In this document: one piece after another, positions 1-10,596 of the stretch | How positions within the stretch are numbered: position 1 is the stretch's first letter | How the letters are laid out: the number at the start of each line of letters is the position of its first letter | Assembly (NCBI GenBank): GCA_000934665.2 | Contig: KZ538532.1 | Location: 44,019-64,018 of the forward strand | Reading direction: 5' to 3' | DNA from: Catajapyx aquilonaris | Lineage: Eukaryota | DNA: 20,000 bases | Notes under the pieces: generated by a model | What the model saw: only the letters and a program-made list of their open reading frames with translations | Databases searched by the model: none | What the model was told of the DNA's origin: nothing | Translations under genes and position numbers: made by a program

Positions 1-392
1 GAATGTGTGTATATATATATATATATTTAAATGTACAAATCCCATCCAGATAGTGATGGCCAGGTGTCAAGATAGTGATGGCCATGGCAGCAAAACAATA
101 GGCTACCTACAGTAGGGACCAAAGTTGGGACCCCATCAGTATTAGGAAGGTAGGCCTAACTGATGTGAGATAAAGCCACACAAAAGCCTATACAGGTTGT
201 AAGGATATATAACAGAATATTTTATTTTGCAAGTTTTCGTCCCTTACAAGAATAGGCTTTGCCCATTACACACAAGAAGATAGGCCTATGGATTTGCTAT
301 TGCTGCGTATTTCCTCCTAAATCATTGCTGTCATTTCTCTCCAAGAATAACTCTCGTGATCATGATCCTTAGGCCAACATAATGTGGTATTC

Positions 393-761
393 GGGGAGGT
401 GTGGTGGCCGAGATGGTAACGTCTCGGCTTGCTGAGTGAAAGATCCCAGGTTCGATCCCCGCCTGGGAGCTCCCTTTCGCCTGCGTCAGGAGGGTCTCTG
501 ACCCACGCCTTGGAGGTGTCTGGCAACTTAACCTCCTGGGGAACAGCACACGAACCCGTTTAACGACATTGCACTTGCACCTACGTTCCCTCCCCAAAAA
601 TCCCTATCCTTACCCAATGTCCTTGATTTCCCAGCACCGGAGTCTGAAGTAAAATGGAACATAACTAAGAAAATATGGTGGTGTTCNCCCCCCCCCCCCC
701 CCCCCAAACAGCCACAGGCTCTTATCACGGGGTAGCAAAAATAAAATACAAATAAAAATAA
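393..761 (+). mobile_element. tRNA-derived SINE, copy 1
   Basis: A-box TGGCCGAGATGG at 405-416, B-box GGTTCGATCCC at 449-459, A-rich tail at 737-761, and flanking direct repeat aacat(a)atgtggtattc at 376-392 and 762-777 (TSD with one indel). Confidence 0.85.
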
Positions 762-1398
762 AACATATGTGGTATTCAATTTTTTAAAGCCTAACACAAG
801 AAGCTGGACAGTCATGGCCATGCTAATGAATTCATCGTTTTCATACTCCTGAACAAAGGGACTGGTTTCAATCCTATGCTTCCATAAAGCACTTCTAGAC
901 CAATAATTTCGGATACCTCACATTGCTATCAGGATATTTATGAGACCAGAAACACACTTACATTGCAAGAAAAATGTTAACATTTATCAGCTGCATTCCA
1001 ACCTGAGCAGCAGGTCTGTGTGTCAGATGCCATTACTGCTCTTGCAATTCCTGCTGTGGACTGCTTTTCGACCTGCTTCATGCCAGGGACCACAGGTGTC
1101 ACACCATGATCACTTCTTCATGTTCTGGTATTTACGCGGCCTATTTCTTAAAGAACCAAAAGGCGCAGTGGGCCATCACTGTACGGTTTATCCTACTAAA
1201 TTTTATATCCCGAGGAATGTAAAACAAAGCATGTTTTCTTGGTAAACTAGGGTCATTTACATGGACATGAATGAACAGTGACACAATCTAGACAAGTTCT
1301 ACTTTACTATAACCATGTCCATGACCATATAAATGACACCAATGTTGGGCTCAAGTGGGAGATGCAGAAAGCTACCCAGTTTAAAATTAAGCCATGTA

Positions 1399-1562
1399 TT
1401 AACGACTTGCATAATTATATTTGTTCATGTTAACGACTTGCATAATTATATTTGTTCATGTTAACGACTTGCATAATTATATTTGTTCATGTTAACGACT
1501 TGCATAATTATATTTGTTCATGTTAACGACTTGCATAATTATATTTGTTCATGTTAACGACT
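1399..1562. repeat. Perfect 31-bp minisatellite, 5 full copies plus 9 nt (TTAACGACTTGCATAATTATATTTGTTCATG)
   Basis: Identical units start at 1399, 1430, 1461, 1492 and 1523, with a partial unit at 1554. Confidence 0.97.
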
Positions 1563-1603
1563 ATTCACCAATAGGTCATCAGAGTTGTAGCACATGACAC
1601 ATA

Positions 1604-2511
1604 CGAGGTGTGATCGAAAAGTTCCCGGACTGTGTTCATAAAAACATTAATATTTACTCTAAGTCCTAATTTCCACTGCCACCTTCAAAGTAGTTACCTT
1701 GGGCACGTATACAACAATTCCAGCGAATTTCCCATTTTTGGAAGCACCAAAAAAAATTGGCCAACAGTAGTGTCTTCAACACCTGCTGCAATTTTGCTTA
1801 GACCTCTTTAGTGGAGTCAAAATGCCTCCTATTCTACCCAAATTTCATTTTAGGGAAGAGGTAGAAATCACGTAGTGCCAGGACAAACGAATATGCAGGG
1901 TGGGGAACAGTGGTCATGTTATTTTTTATCAGGAAGTCCCTGACTACGCGTGAGGTGTGTGCAGGCGGGATTGTCATGGTGCAGCAACCAGTCTCTGTTC
2001 TTCCATATCTCCGGCCAATTGAGCCTAAATCGTCTCAAACAATCGCAGTAAGACTTGCCGTTGACAGTTTTACCAGGAGGGAGAAACTCCACATGCACAA
2101 TTCCTATAATGTCAAAGAAAATGATCAGCATTGAGTTGATTTTGCCGCGAACTTGGCGCGCCACCTTTGAAGCTGTTAAACCACTCATATGTTATTGCTT
2201 GTCTGACAACTTGCTCATCAAAAGCCTTGTTCAGCATTCGGTTGGTCGCATCCGAAGTTTTGTTGAGCTGGAAGCAAAATTTAATACAAATCTTTTGCTC
2301 CCTAACATCAGCCACTTCGAAAAATCGCAGAAGCACAACAACACAGTGTCAAGAAAACTGGCGAAACTCGGAAACATGTGCACCTATGAAGACGAGATTT
2401 TTCAGACTAATAGATGAAAGGTGCACCTAGCGCCCCCTGACGTCACAAGTTCGTAGCTCCACTGGTTTGCGCGGTATATCGACAGTCCGGGAACTTTTTG
2501 ATCACACCTCA
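1604..2511 (-). mobile_element. Internally deleted, frameshifted mariner element (908 bp)
   Basis: About 29-bp TIRs CGAGGTGTGATCGAAAAGTTCCCGGACTG / CAGTCCGGGAACTTTTTGATCACACCTCA flanked by TA. Minus-strand transposase fragments EQKICIKFCF..YEWFNSFK and MLIIFFD..GIVHVEFLPPGKTVN..WLLHHDN, plus a degenerate YSPDLAP-like segment. Confidence 0.95.
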
Positions 2512-2912
2512 TATCTTGTGTTACTGAAACGTCTGGTTTCCAGCCATTTATAGATTTCACATGGTTTTTGAACGGAGTTTGAAATGTGCTTCATCAGCAT
2601 TAATACACTTGGTTACAACTGAAATGTCCACACTCGTTAGCAATTTTAGGTACTACATTGCTTATCATGAAGCAGTAACATTCCAATACAGGGCCCCCAT
2701 TTAACAATGTTCCCTTTTATGATGTTTCCCTGTAATGATTTTTTTTTAAAAATCCCTAAAAATTTAAAAAAAAATGTGAAAAATGTTTCGAAAAAAATTT
2801 GCAAATAACTAAATAAATCGAGACAGCTCATAAGAGTGCAACTGAAGATAGATAATGAATTTAACAAAAAGAGCTCAACTTCATGCAGTAAGTATATATG
2901 GCTAAAACATAC

Positions 2913-3331
2913 CCTGGTGACCTTTCCCCCTCTCTTCTTCTTCCTCTTGCTATAACTCTCCTCATAGTCATAATCTGAATCTGGATCTTGTTCATCAAAC
3001 TCGCCGGCATCAGGAATGTCCAGGTCATCATAGTACCAGGCATCTTTTGAAATGCTGTCATCCTTGCTATTCCCTGCACTGTCCTTGGAGTCCTCATTCA
3101 TTAAGGCAGACCCTCCTCCTCCAGCTGCAGCAGGGTTCTCGACTGTGCTAATTGTGTGCATGTCTGCCTCAGGGTCAGCCTCTTTACGTCGAGGTTGGAA
3201 AAAGTTGAGGAGGTACTGACGGCGCTTCTTGCGCCAGCGCTTTGATGGGTAGGTATACACGCCACCAGGAACCTCAGGGGGCATGCGCTGGCGACGACTC
3301 AGCCACAGATTAGAATGGTTCTGAGCCACAC
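2913..3331 (-). CDS. d4: d4/DPF coding exon 3: end of Requiem_N (VAQNHSNLW...YTYPSKRWRKKRR), acidic linker and basic NLS-like KRKKKRGGK; zinc-finger exons lie beyond the left edge
   Basis: ACAG acceptor (AG at 3333-3332), phase 1 (G|GT = Gly, giving QTGVAQN). GTATGT donor at 2912-2907. 419 nt. YTYPxxRWRKKRR matches the d4 family. Confidence 0.95.
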
Positions 3332-4719
3332 CTGTTTATAAAATTTGAAAAACCAAAAGAAAAAATATTACTTTTAATAATGAAATTACCAATATAACAA
3401 TTAAGCCAAATATCATAATCACTACTACGCCATATTTAGAATATTCCATGACCACATTTTGCCTCAACTTTTAGAATGGTAAAGTACTGCATGACATTTC
3501 AAGTCAACTCATGGCCAGATTGAGACTATCCCACCACAGAGAGCTTAAAATAAAGACAATAATGAACTAAAGGCTAAAGGTTCACTCCCCTTACTGTGTG
3601 GAATTGCCCCCCCCCCCCCCCCCCNCCCCCCCCCCCCTCCACACACACACAAATAACCTCCTACCAGTTCCATCCCTCACCATAGGTGTTCCACTAATGC
3701 ATACTGGTATTATTACACCTCATTTACACTACACACACTTGATGAGCAAGGTACAATTCCCAATGAGTTTTGCACTCATTGGTAATTGCACACGCCTGAA
3801 AATCAGTCACCAGTCACCTGAAGTATGTTTTGAGTTATGGCACCCAACCAGGTGAGAATCTCCTGCAGGGATCATGCACCCCACTATGCAAAGGTGTCAA
3901 GTGGCACGAGCTCTTTGAACAGAAGTGACAACTCTCTATCCTAAAGAATCTGTGTGTATGGGAAGTCCATTTCACTTAGAAAGCTCATGACCATGCTTTG
4001 AATGACACATCAGCCATAAACAAATAAACCCAAATATATCATCTTCTTGGTTACCCTTCACCGTTTTTAAACTTATTTTTGTAAGTGTCATGCATTTACT
4101 GCCTGACAATTTTTTATTGTTGGTGGGAGGAGCTAAATCACACATGAAACATACCCACACTGTTACCACTTTAGGCTTTATTGGAAACGGCTTGCATTCT
4201 GTTCCCAATCTCACCTGCCTGCTGCCCCATTGCCAATTTCACATTATACCCATCCTCCTACTACCTCGAGAGTTGAATCATGCAATGTGTGACATAGCGT
4301 ATTCTTTCCACCCAACACTAAAAATGTGTCTAGCATTAGTGCTTGCAGTGCCAGTTACTATGCAATTGACTACATGCAACAGATTGAATACTTTCTGAGT
4401 GCAGGCCCTCTGTAGTTTCCACAAACATCTAGCCAGAACAGTCAAGGCAGACATGGCTCATTATTTCTATACAATTTCCCCTACTCTATCATATGTACAT
4501 TAATTTTCACATGCCTTTCAAAATAAAGAGTAATATAATTTCTTTGACACTAAATTGACAATTTTCTCAAAATCCAACTATTTTTCTTATTCTTTCAAAC
4601 TTTGGATTACTTAAACACTATCTAAAATTGTCTATGGCAGATCTACAAACCACCACATTGGGAAAATAAACTGGTGTGAATAAAACTTGGTCATGCTGGT
4701 GCCATTGGATCAGTTAGAT

Positions 4720-5770
4720 CAGTGTTTCTCAACCTTTTTACTCGTGCGGAACCCTTGAAATTATATCCATGTCTCAGGGAACCCCTACATAAAAATTAAA
4801 AAATTAAATATGTTATGCTCAAACCCCGAAAACGCTCACCGAGAGAGAAAAAAAAACATGTCGCAAAATGGGTGGTTTGAAAACAACCAATTCGCGAAAT
4901 TGACATTTTCTCTCTCTCAATTAGCGTTTTCGTCATTTGAGCCTATCAGAGGTTAGACAAAATAATAGGGACACCTGCTAAGGGAGTTTGAAAGTTTGTT
5001 TGTTTTATTCTAAAACCAAAACTGAAAGAGTTACAAAGATTACTTTTAATAATTTTTGAAGTCCTGTTGATGTGGTACATATTATTTTGCCGAAGTGTGT
5101 AGATTTTACAAATGTCACAAGAGGAAGGGGGGGGGGGGGAGGANGAGGGAAGGAGACACAAAATGCAAACAACACCCCCCAGCTCCCAGCTGTCATTTTC
5201 GACCGGAGTCACCTTCATTTGAAAATGAAAGCAGCTACAGTAATTTACTTTACTGGGTATTGAGGTTCTATTGATGTAAATGTGTGGCATGGGTTGGATA
5301 ATGGAAACCCCTGTTACAGTTAGTGTACACTACAATTTTTTAATTACTATGGTGTTTGACCACCTTTGCCTTCAGTACAGCCCCAATCCTTCTTGGAATG
5401 GACGAATTCAAGTTTTGAACAGTCTAAGAGGCATCAGAATTAGTGCTGGAGGGGAGCGGGGGTGTCGTTTCTCTTCGCTTCCCCCCTCCTCTTGTGATTT
5501 TTGCGCCCCCTGCAGACCTAGACAAATATACATCAACATAGCTTCAAAACTCCATAAAAGACACCTTTGTAACATTCGCAGTTTTCATATAAAACCGACG
5601 CAAACTTTTAATTGCTTTTTGCAAGTATCCCTATTATTTTGTCCAAGCCTTGTACATATATATCGATTTATGACTCAAAAATACCTTTACATTAAAAGAT
5701 TAGCCTATTCGTCACTATTTCACGTGGAACCCCTGGCGATTGCTCGTGGAACCCCGGTTGAGAAACGCTG
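4720..5770. mobile_element. hAT (Charlie/Buster-like) non-autonomous element, 1051 bp, with internal inverted repeats
   Basis: TIRs CAGTGTTTCTCAACC / GGTTGAGAAACGCTG, perfect 8-bp TSD AGTTAGAT (4712-4719, 5771-5778), and subterminal GGAACCC repeats. Confidence 0.93.
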
Positions 5771-5813
5771 AGTTAGATCAACGGGAGTAATATGAGTAAT
5801 GATTTGGCTCAAC

Positions 5814-6115
5814 CAGCCTCCCGCAACTCCTACCCTTACTGTATGGTGATGGTAGTTTAATTACAGAGTCTCCGCTGGCATCGCTCACTGGAGGGAATCC
5901 AGCTGCCAGACGAATTCGTGCGGATGCCTTAACTAACCCATACAGTCAATACTACGGCACAATTAGCCCTATTCTGCAGATTCGCACAGTCACATGAGTG
6001 AGTCTGGCAACCAAATTGCCCCCAGTAGCCCCAGTGAGCGACGCCAACACCAAAATTCCCGGTGTTTCCGGAGACTGTAATTAAACTGCCATTTCGTAGG
6101 AGTTGCGGGGGGCTG
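5814..6115. mobile_element. Fold-back MITE with 8-bp TSD (hAT-like), 302 bp
   Basis: TIRs CAGCCTCCCGCAACTCCTAC / GTAGGAGTTGCGGGGGGCTG, perfect TSD GGCTCAAC (5806-5813, 6116-6123), and internal complementary segments. Confidence 0.9.
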
Positions 6116-6305
6116 GGCTCAACACATTCAAAAATATTGAAACCTACGTCTTGACACTAGAAGTTGTGTAACGCCTTTAAAAGGTTTCTAGCAATGGTTT
6201 CCAGTAATGGAAATAAGTTACAAATTTATATTTAAAAAAATTTACAAGTGAAAATGAAGTATTATGAGACACTTGGTATTTCACACTATTATCAATATTT
6301 AGTCA

Positions 6306-6643
6306 GAGATGAAGTGGCGCCGCGGTAACGCGTGTGCCCACGGATATTAAGGTCCCGGGTTCAATCCCCACCAGGGGTTTCCACCTTTATCCGTGCAGAG
6401 TTGGGCCATCTCTGGCTTCATTTCGGGTGGCAATTTCCGATAGACTAAGCCACCCGGGGGAGTTCACAAAATGACCGCTAGAGACATTGCACATGAACTT
6501 TGCACATCCCCTCCTACCTACCCTTGGAACGAACTAAATGTACTATCTTAGTATACCGGTTCCACCCAGATGGTGGTATTCCACCCCCCTAAAGGAGCTG
6601 TAACTCCCAATGGGGTAATGCAAAAAAAATAATAATAATAAAA
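6306..6643 (+). mobile_element. tRNA-derived SINE, copy 2
   Basis: Head AGTGGCGCCGCGGTAACG...GGTTCAATCCC closely resembles the copy at 13196. A/(AAT)n tail at 6622-6643. No clear TSD. Confidence 0.8.
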
Positions 6644-6737
6644 TCAGTTAGCTTGAACAAAGAAAAACATGGGGTAGACATGTTACTGTGTGCATGGCAA
6701 CCTCCTCTTAGATATGCATAGTGAAAAAAAGTCCCAC

Positions 6738-6847
6738 CTGTTTGGCAGTCAAGGAAGGGAAGCCTCATCTTCCGTTCAATTGACAGCCTAGTGTTATAAG
6801 TTGCTGCATTCTCAATCGCCTCACGATAGGTTGAGTCAGCCAGGAAG
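6738..6847 (-). CDS. d4: d4/DPF coding exon 2, Requiem_N domain: FLADSTYREAIENAATYNTRLSIERKMRLPFLDCQT(G)
   Basis: CTGCAG acceptor (AG at 6849-6848) and GT donor at 6737-6736. The YNxRLxxERxxRLPFLDxQTG motif is diagnostic of the DPF/d4 N-terminus. Confidence 0.95.
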
Positions 6848-7027
6848 CTGCAGGTTGGAAATTCAATTACAAAAAAATGTTCACAAACAGGGACCTGATT
6901 GCATAATAGCACAGCATAGACCACCGGTCTTCAACTGGTGTTGCATGGAATCCCGCAGCTGTGGACCTGTCCAACAGATTCTGAAAAGCTACTTGGGGTT
7001 GTTCCAATAGTCAAGTTGAGCGAAGTA

Positions 7028-8091
7028 TAGGCTCATTGAAAAAGAATGGACGAGTATTTAAAAACCCTATAACTTGAAAACTTGTAGACATATCTAAATG
7101 ATTTAAGTTTTGAAATGCTAAGAAAGGCCTAAAGTTTTGGTCTCACCATAGTTTGTTTAGATATGAGCTCCATTTGTTGCTCGAAAAATATAAATACGGT
7201 AATTGATGTTGTGTCTAACCCTGGCATTACCTTTCCAATCTTTTCCGGTAGGTGCTGGAGATGCCGAATCTTTTCATCCTGCATGTGTCGCCACAAAAAT
7301 GTCAATAGGAGTACGATCTGGGCTCCCATTGGGGCTACGCATTGAGAAACTTCTCATTTAGACTTGGCATATTGGGATGCCGAACAAAATAATGAATTTT
7401 CCTACGGCAGGTTTGTTTCATACATGAGGCGACTTTTTATGTGCATCAAGAACAATGTCTGTGGTGTAGAGACCCATCATATCCAGCACCTACGGGATAG
7501 GATTGCAACGGTAAAGTGGGCTCTACACAGTCGGTCCGACTCCGATCGGATTCAACCATCGAATCTTCTGTGCAAATGGCATTCCGTGTTGGATCCGATG
7601 TCAGAGCCAGGCAGGCCAGCTCAGGTCACCTAGGCAGGTTGGAGACAGGAGAGTGGGTGGGGCAAGATGTCGGAGTGACTGTGTGAACGGACAGAGGAAC
7701 ATGGCTCTCTGATTGGCTTGTGGTGCCAACCTCCACCCCCCTCCACAAGAACGTGTCCCCCCACCTTCGAACATCGAACATCGGACATCGAACAGCAGAC
7801 CTCTGTCTGAAGAGGGTGTCCGATCCCTCCAAGTTGGAGGGAGTGGGAGTCGGATCGACTGTGTAGAGCCCACTTAACTCCAGATATGATTAAGCGGGTT
7901 TGGCACGAGACCGAACACTACCTTTGAAAATCTGCCGAGTGACAAATAAAGCTCATATATTGAAAGAAACTAATGTGAGACCAAAATTTTAGACCTTTCT
8001 TGGCATTTCAGACCTTATATGACTAAGATATGTCCACAAGTCTTCGAGTTATAGTGCTTTAAAATACGCGTATTCTTTTTCGATGACCCTG
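7028..8091. mobile_element. Tc1/mariner-superfamily non-autonomous element with long inverted arms, both carrying the transposase 3' end
   Basis: TA-flanked termini TAGGCTCATTGAAAAAGAAT / ATTCTTTTTCGATGACCCTG and diverged inverted arms of about 160 bp or more. Remnants PNGSPDRTPIDIF...YIFRATNGAHI (minus strand) and IQHLRDRIATV|TPDMIKRVW...ICRVTNKAHI (plus strand). Confidence 0.85.
7515..7874. mobile_element. PIF/Harbinger (Tourist-like) MITE, 360 bp, nested in the Tc1/mariner derivative
   Basis: TIRs AGTGGGCTCTACACAGTCG / CGACTGTGTAGAGCCCACT and TAA TSD (7512-7514, 7875-7877). Removing it restores the host transposase frame ATVTPDM. Confidence 0.92.
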
Positions 8092-8282
8092 TACGATGAT
8101 TCAGTTTGAAGGTGTTAAAAAATTGCATAAATATTTTTTGTAGGGGTTCCACAAACGTGTTCCATTACAACTAGAGGCTGAAGACCACTGGTATACACAC
8201 ATTCACCAGCATACGTGCGAGAAGCTGGGGCAGGCCACGCCTATGAAATCAATACCGCTCGCATCCCTTACAATATACTCAC

Positions 8283-8332
8283 TTTTGTAAGCTCAACACG
8301 GCCGCTTCATTGAGTATCATATTGTCGCACAT
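8283..8332 (-). CDS. d4: d4/DPF (Requiem, BAF45-like) coding exon 1: MCDNMILNEAAVLSLQ(N)
   Basis: ATG at 8332-8330, 50 nt, then a canonical GTGAGT donor (8282-8277). Phase 2 joins in frame to the exon starting at 6847 (AA|C = Asn). Not in the ORF track; deduced from splice phase. Confidence 0.8.
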
Positions 8333-8760
8333 CCTCTCACTCTCCTGGTTAGACCGTAGTCAGCCTCTACAGCACGTTCGAATCTACAGCAGTCAGCTGA
8401 CAGGCCAATCTCTTTCAAGTCAAGGGAAAGAGCGGGACTGCAGTGTTCACTATTCCACCGCCATATTGAGAGTGAACTAGCCTCGAACCGAAAGCCGGGC
8501 AGCCCAAGGTGTAGCCGGCAGCTCCCGGATCTTACATGTGGTTGCTCCTATTTCTCAAAAGTCAGACAGGGATATTGGTGGGCACACATGTCGTGTACAT
8601 TTCAACCATTGTAATTGTAAATAGACCTGGTTTGAACCACTGTAACCGGGTTTTCTGAGGGTTTATTTTGTGGGTATTCCGACGCAGTGTACTTCCAAGG
8701 TTATTGATCCACTCTTTCTCACATATTCGGTCGCGCCCTAGCGCATCAGTAGCTATTACA
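8333..8760. promoter_or_regulatory. Probable shared (bidirectional) promoter and 5' UTR region between d4 and the NTPDase
   Basis: Divergent gene arrangement, no recognisable TE, relatively CpG-rich, and a YY1/Pho-like CCGCCATATT at 8458-8467. Transcription starts cannot be placed from sequence, so the boundaries are approximate. Confidence 0.55.
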
Positions 8761-9826
8761 ATTGTGTAACTATTACAATAATGTTGCTGGCAACAGTTTC
8801 GTGTAGCTGCTACGTGCACAGTTGGCTCATGCATGAATGCATGAAAGCTGCAGCACTATTTAAAAATGAGTTGACTGTAAAGTTGTAGCAGTACTTGACT
8901 CATAGGGGTGGTGTGCAATCATGGCTGAAGTAAGTTTCAGGTCCATCGCTCGTGGTTGAAGTAGGCAAAAGTAGGTGACCTCTTGCAGAAGTGACCAATA
9001 GTTGACGATAGTACCGGAATTTGCACGTAATCTACAATGATAGTGTGGGATCATATCTTGATTATGCAACCTTTTCGATGGGGAATTGCGCAACGCTGCT
9101 TATCGAGGGCCAGCTTGATACCAAGCTGCCTTTCTCCAGTGCATTTGGATTAGTCTAGTAATTTTCGTGTGTGCTTGTAAAAGTATCGTGTTTTTCGTGC
9201 TATTTTGTATAGTCATTCTGAAATGCCTTTTGGATTTTAGTACAGCTTCTGATTTGTATGGGGAAATGTAATACCGGTATTTAAAAGGCAGTATGAAGTC
9301 CTTGATGTGCTGGATACCAGTTTGCCACAAGGCAAGATGTGTGACTATGCAGGGTAGTTCATACCTGTGCAGGTGTTTCGCAACCTTTCCCAATAATTTT
9401 AATGACTGGTAATTTGTAAAATGTAGTTATGTCATATGGTGTGCAATGTTATGCAGAATTTGAATGCCTTCCAAATTTTGCCCGGTGCTATTTCTTGGTG
9501 GTCAATTTTGGACAACAGCTCTCCCCTCCAAAAGAAAAAAAAAAAAGGAAGGCAAAAAAAGAGCAACCCGCATGTCTCAGCACATAGCACACATGGAACA
9601 ACAAAGATACTATTTTTATATCTGGCATTATAGGCGTGGACCCAAAATAGTGCCAGTTGTGCAGCTGACCAGGAGGAAAAACATTATCTTATAATGGAAA
9701 CCAGGCAGCGCAAAAAGGTTCCCTGCTTATCTCTCATGCTAACTCTTCTGCTTTTGTTGTTAACTACAACAGTTGCAGAAATAGTGCAGTATTTAAATCC
9801 CTAACTTTTATATTTTTTTATTTCAG

Positions 9827-10118
9827 GGTGCCGAATCACCTAGAAATGTGCCTAGAAAAAATCACCAAGAGTCTAAACCGTGCAGGATGAGGTCCATTGC
9901 CCAAACAGCATTCATCATTGTCCTGTTTCTTGTTGCCCTTGTGGCTGTCAGTGTCTACTTTGAGGAATCATTGCCATCAAAAGTTTATACAAGCATGGCA
10001 AATGTGGCGTCAGGACTCCCAGCAATTTTTGGTATGGTGGACAGGCAATATGCAGTTGTTATTGATGCTGGAAGCACTGGATCCCGAGTGCTGGCGTTCA
10101 CCTTTTACAATTCCTCTG
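9827..10118 (+). CDS. ENTPD5: ENTPD5/6-like NTPDase (GDA1/CD39 family), first identifiable coding exon: N-terminal signal anchor and ACR1; likely start Met at 9887
   Basis: TTTCAG acceptor ending at 9826, hydrophobic segment AFIIVLFLVALVAVSVYF, ACR1 IDAGSTGSR, and GTTAGT donor at 10119 (phase 1). Confidence 0.92.
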
Positions 10119-10596
10119 GTTAGTATTCATCGAAGCTGCATGATTATTTGAGTGGGCTTGCCTTTGCTGGAATATGAAAACTGTCAGAAGTATTGGTATT
10201 TACAGTACACAGTTAGGTTGACTACTGTCACATTGCATTCTAAATATCCTGTTGTTAAACTATTGTATATCGATGCGGAACATAGATATCCTTCTGAATT
10301 TGTGACAGACTGACTTCTACTAGTATGCAGTGTTTTCTCTCCAGCATTATTAACAGTTCGATTACCTTGATATTGAAAGGATCCCTTCCAGAACCGCTTT
10401 TGTTGCTGTGGGTCATAGCTTTTAGTGAAAGTTCTACCTAACAATATATGTTGCAAAAGTGAAACTCAGTTTTGCTGTGTTGGGTTTATGAGTAGTGCAA
10501 ATGAGGATTTGAAATCCATGAATTTGCCATTTTTCAACTTCGTAGGAATGATTTACTGCAGTGTTTACAGTAGCCTAACGGTACACCTGATTTTTA

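Larger units (their letters stand above)
6922..8190. mobile_element. Old hAT-type MITE interrupted by a Tc1/mariner derivative
   Basis: Degenerate TIRs CACCGGTCTTCAAC / GCTGAAGACCACTG, imperfect 8-bp TSD GCATAGAC / GTATACAC, and subterminal GGAATCCC and GGGGTTCC motifs. Confidence 0.6.

Noticed and set aside
48..84. 15-bp direct repeat AGATAGTGATGGCCA twice
   Set aside because: Small local duplication with no further structure.
397..470. Functional tRNA genes (also at about 6310 and 13200)
   Set aside because: A and B boxes are present but I cannot build convincing cloverleafs. Each continues into a body and tail, two with TSDs, as expected for SINEs.
940..1245. 101-aa ORF, or a further d4 exon in 1-2900
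   Set aside because: No recognisable motif, and I found no C2H2 or PHD-like exon on the minus strand here.
1399..1562. CRISPR array (31-bp repeat)
   Set aside because: Units are contiguous with no spacers, there are no cas genes, and the context is a eukaryotic intron.
1604..2511. Active or domesticated mariner transposase
   Set aside because: Large internal deletion, frameshifts, stops and a degraded YSPDLAP motif.
2646..2912. Hydrophobic C-terminal extension of the 227-aa d4 ORF
   Set aside because: Begins exactly at a GTATGT donor and is T-rich intron sequence. It is read-through, and d4 proteins are nuclear with downstream zinc fingers.
3973..4401. Possible CACT-ended MITE (CACTTAGAAAG / CTTTCTGAGTG)
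   Set aside because: Only an 11-bp inverted match with a mismatch and no convincing TSD, so it could be chance.
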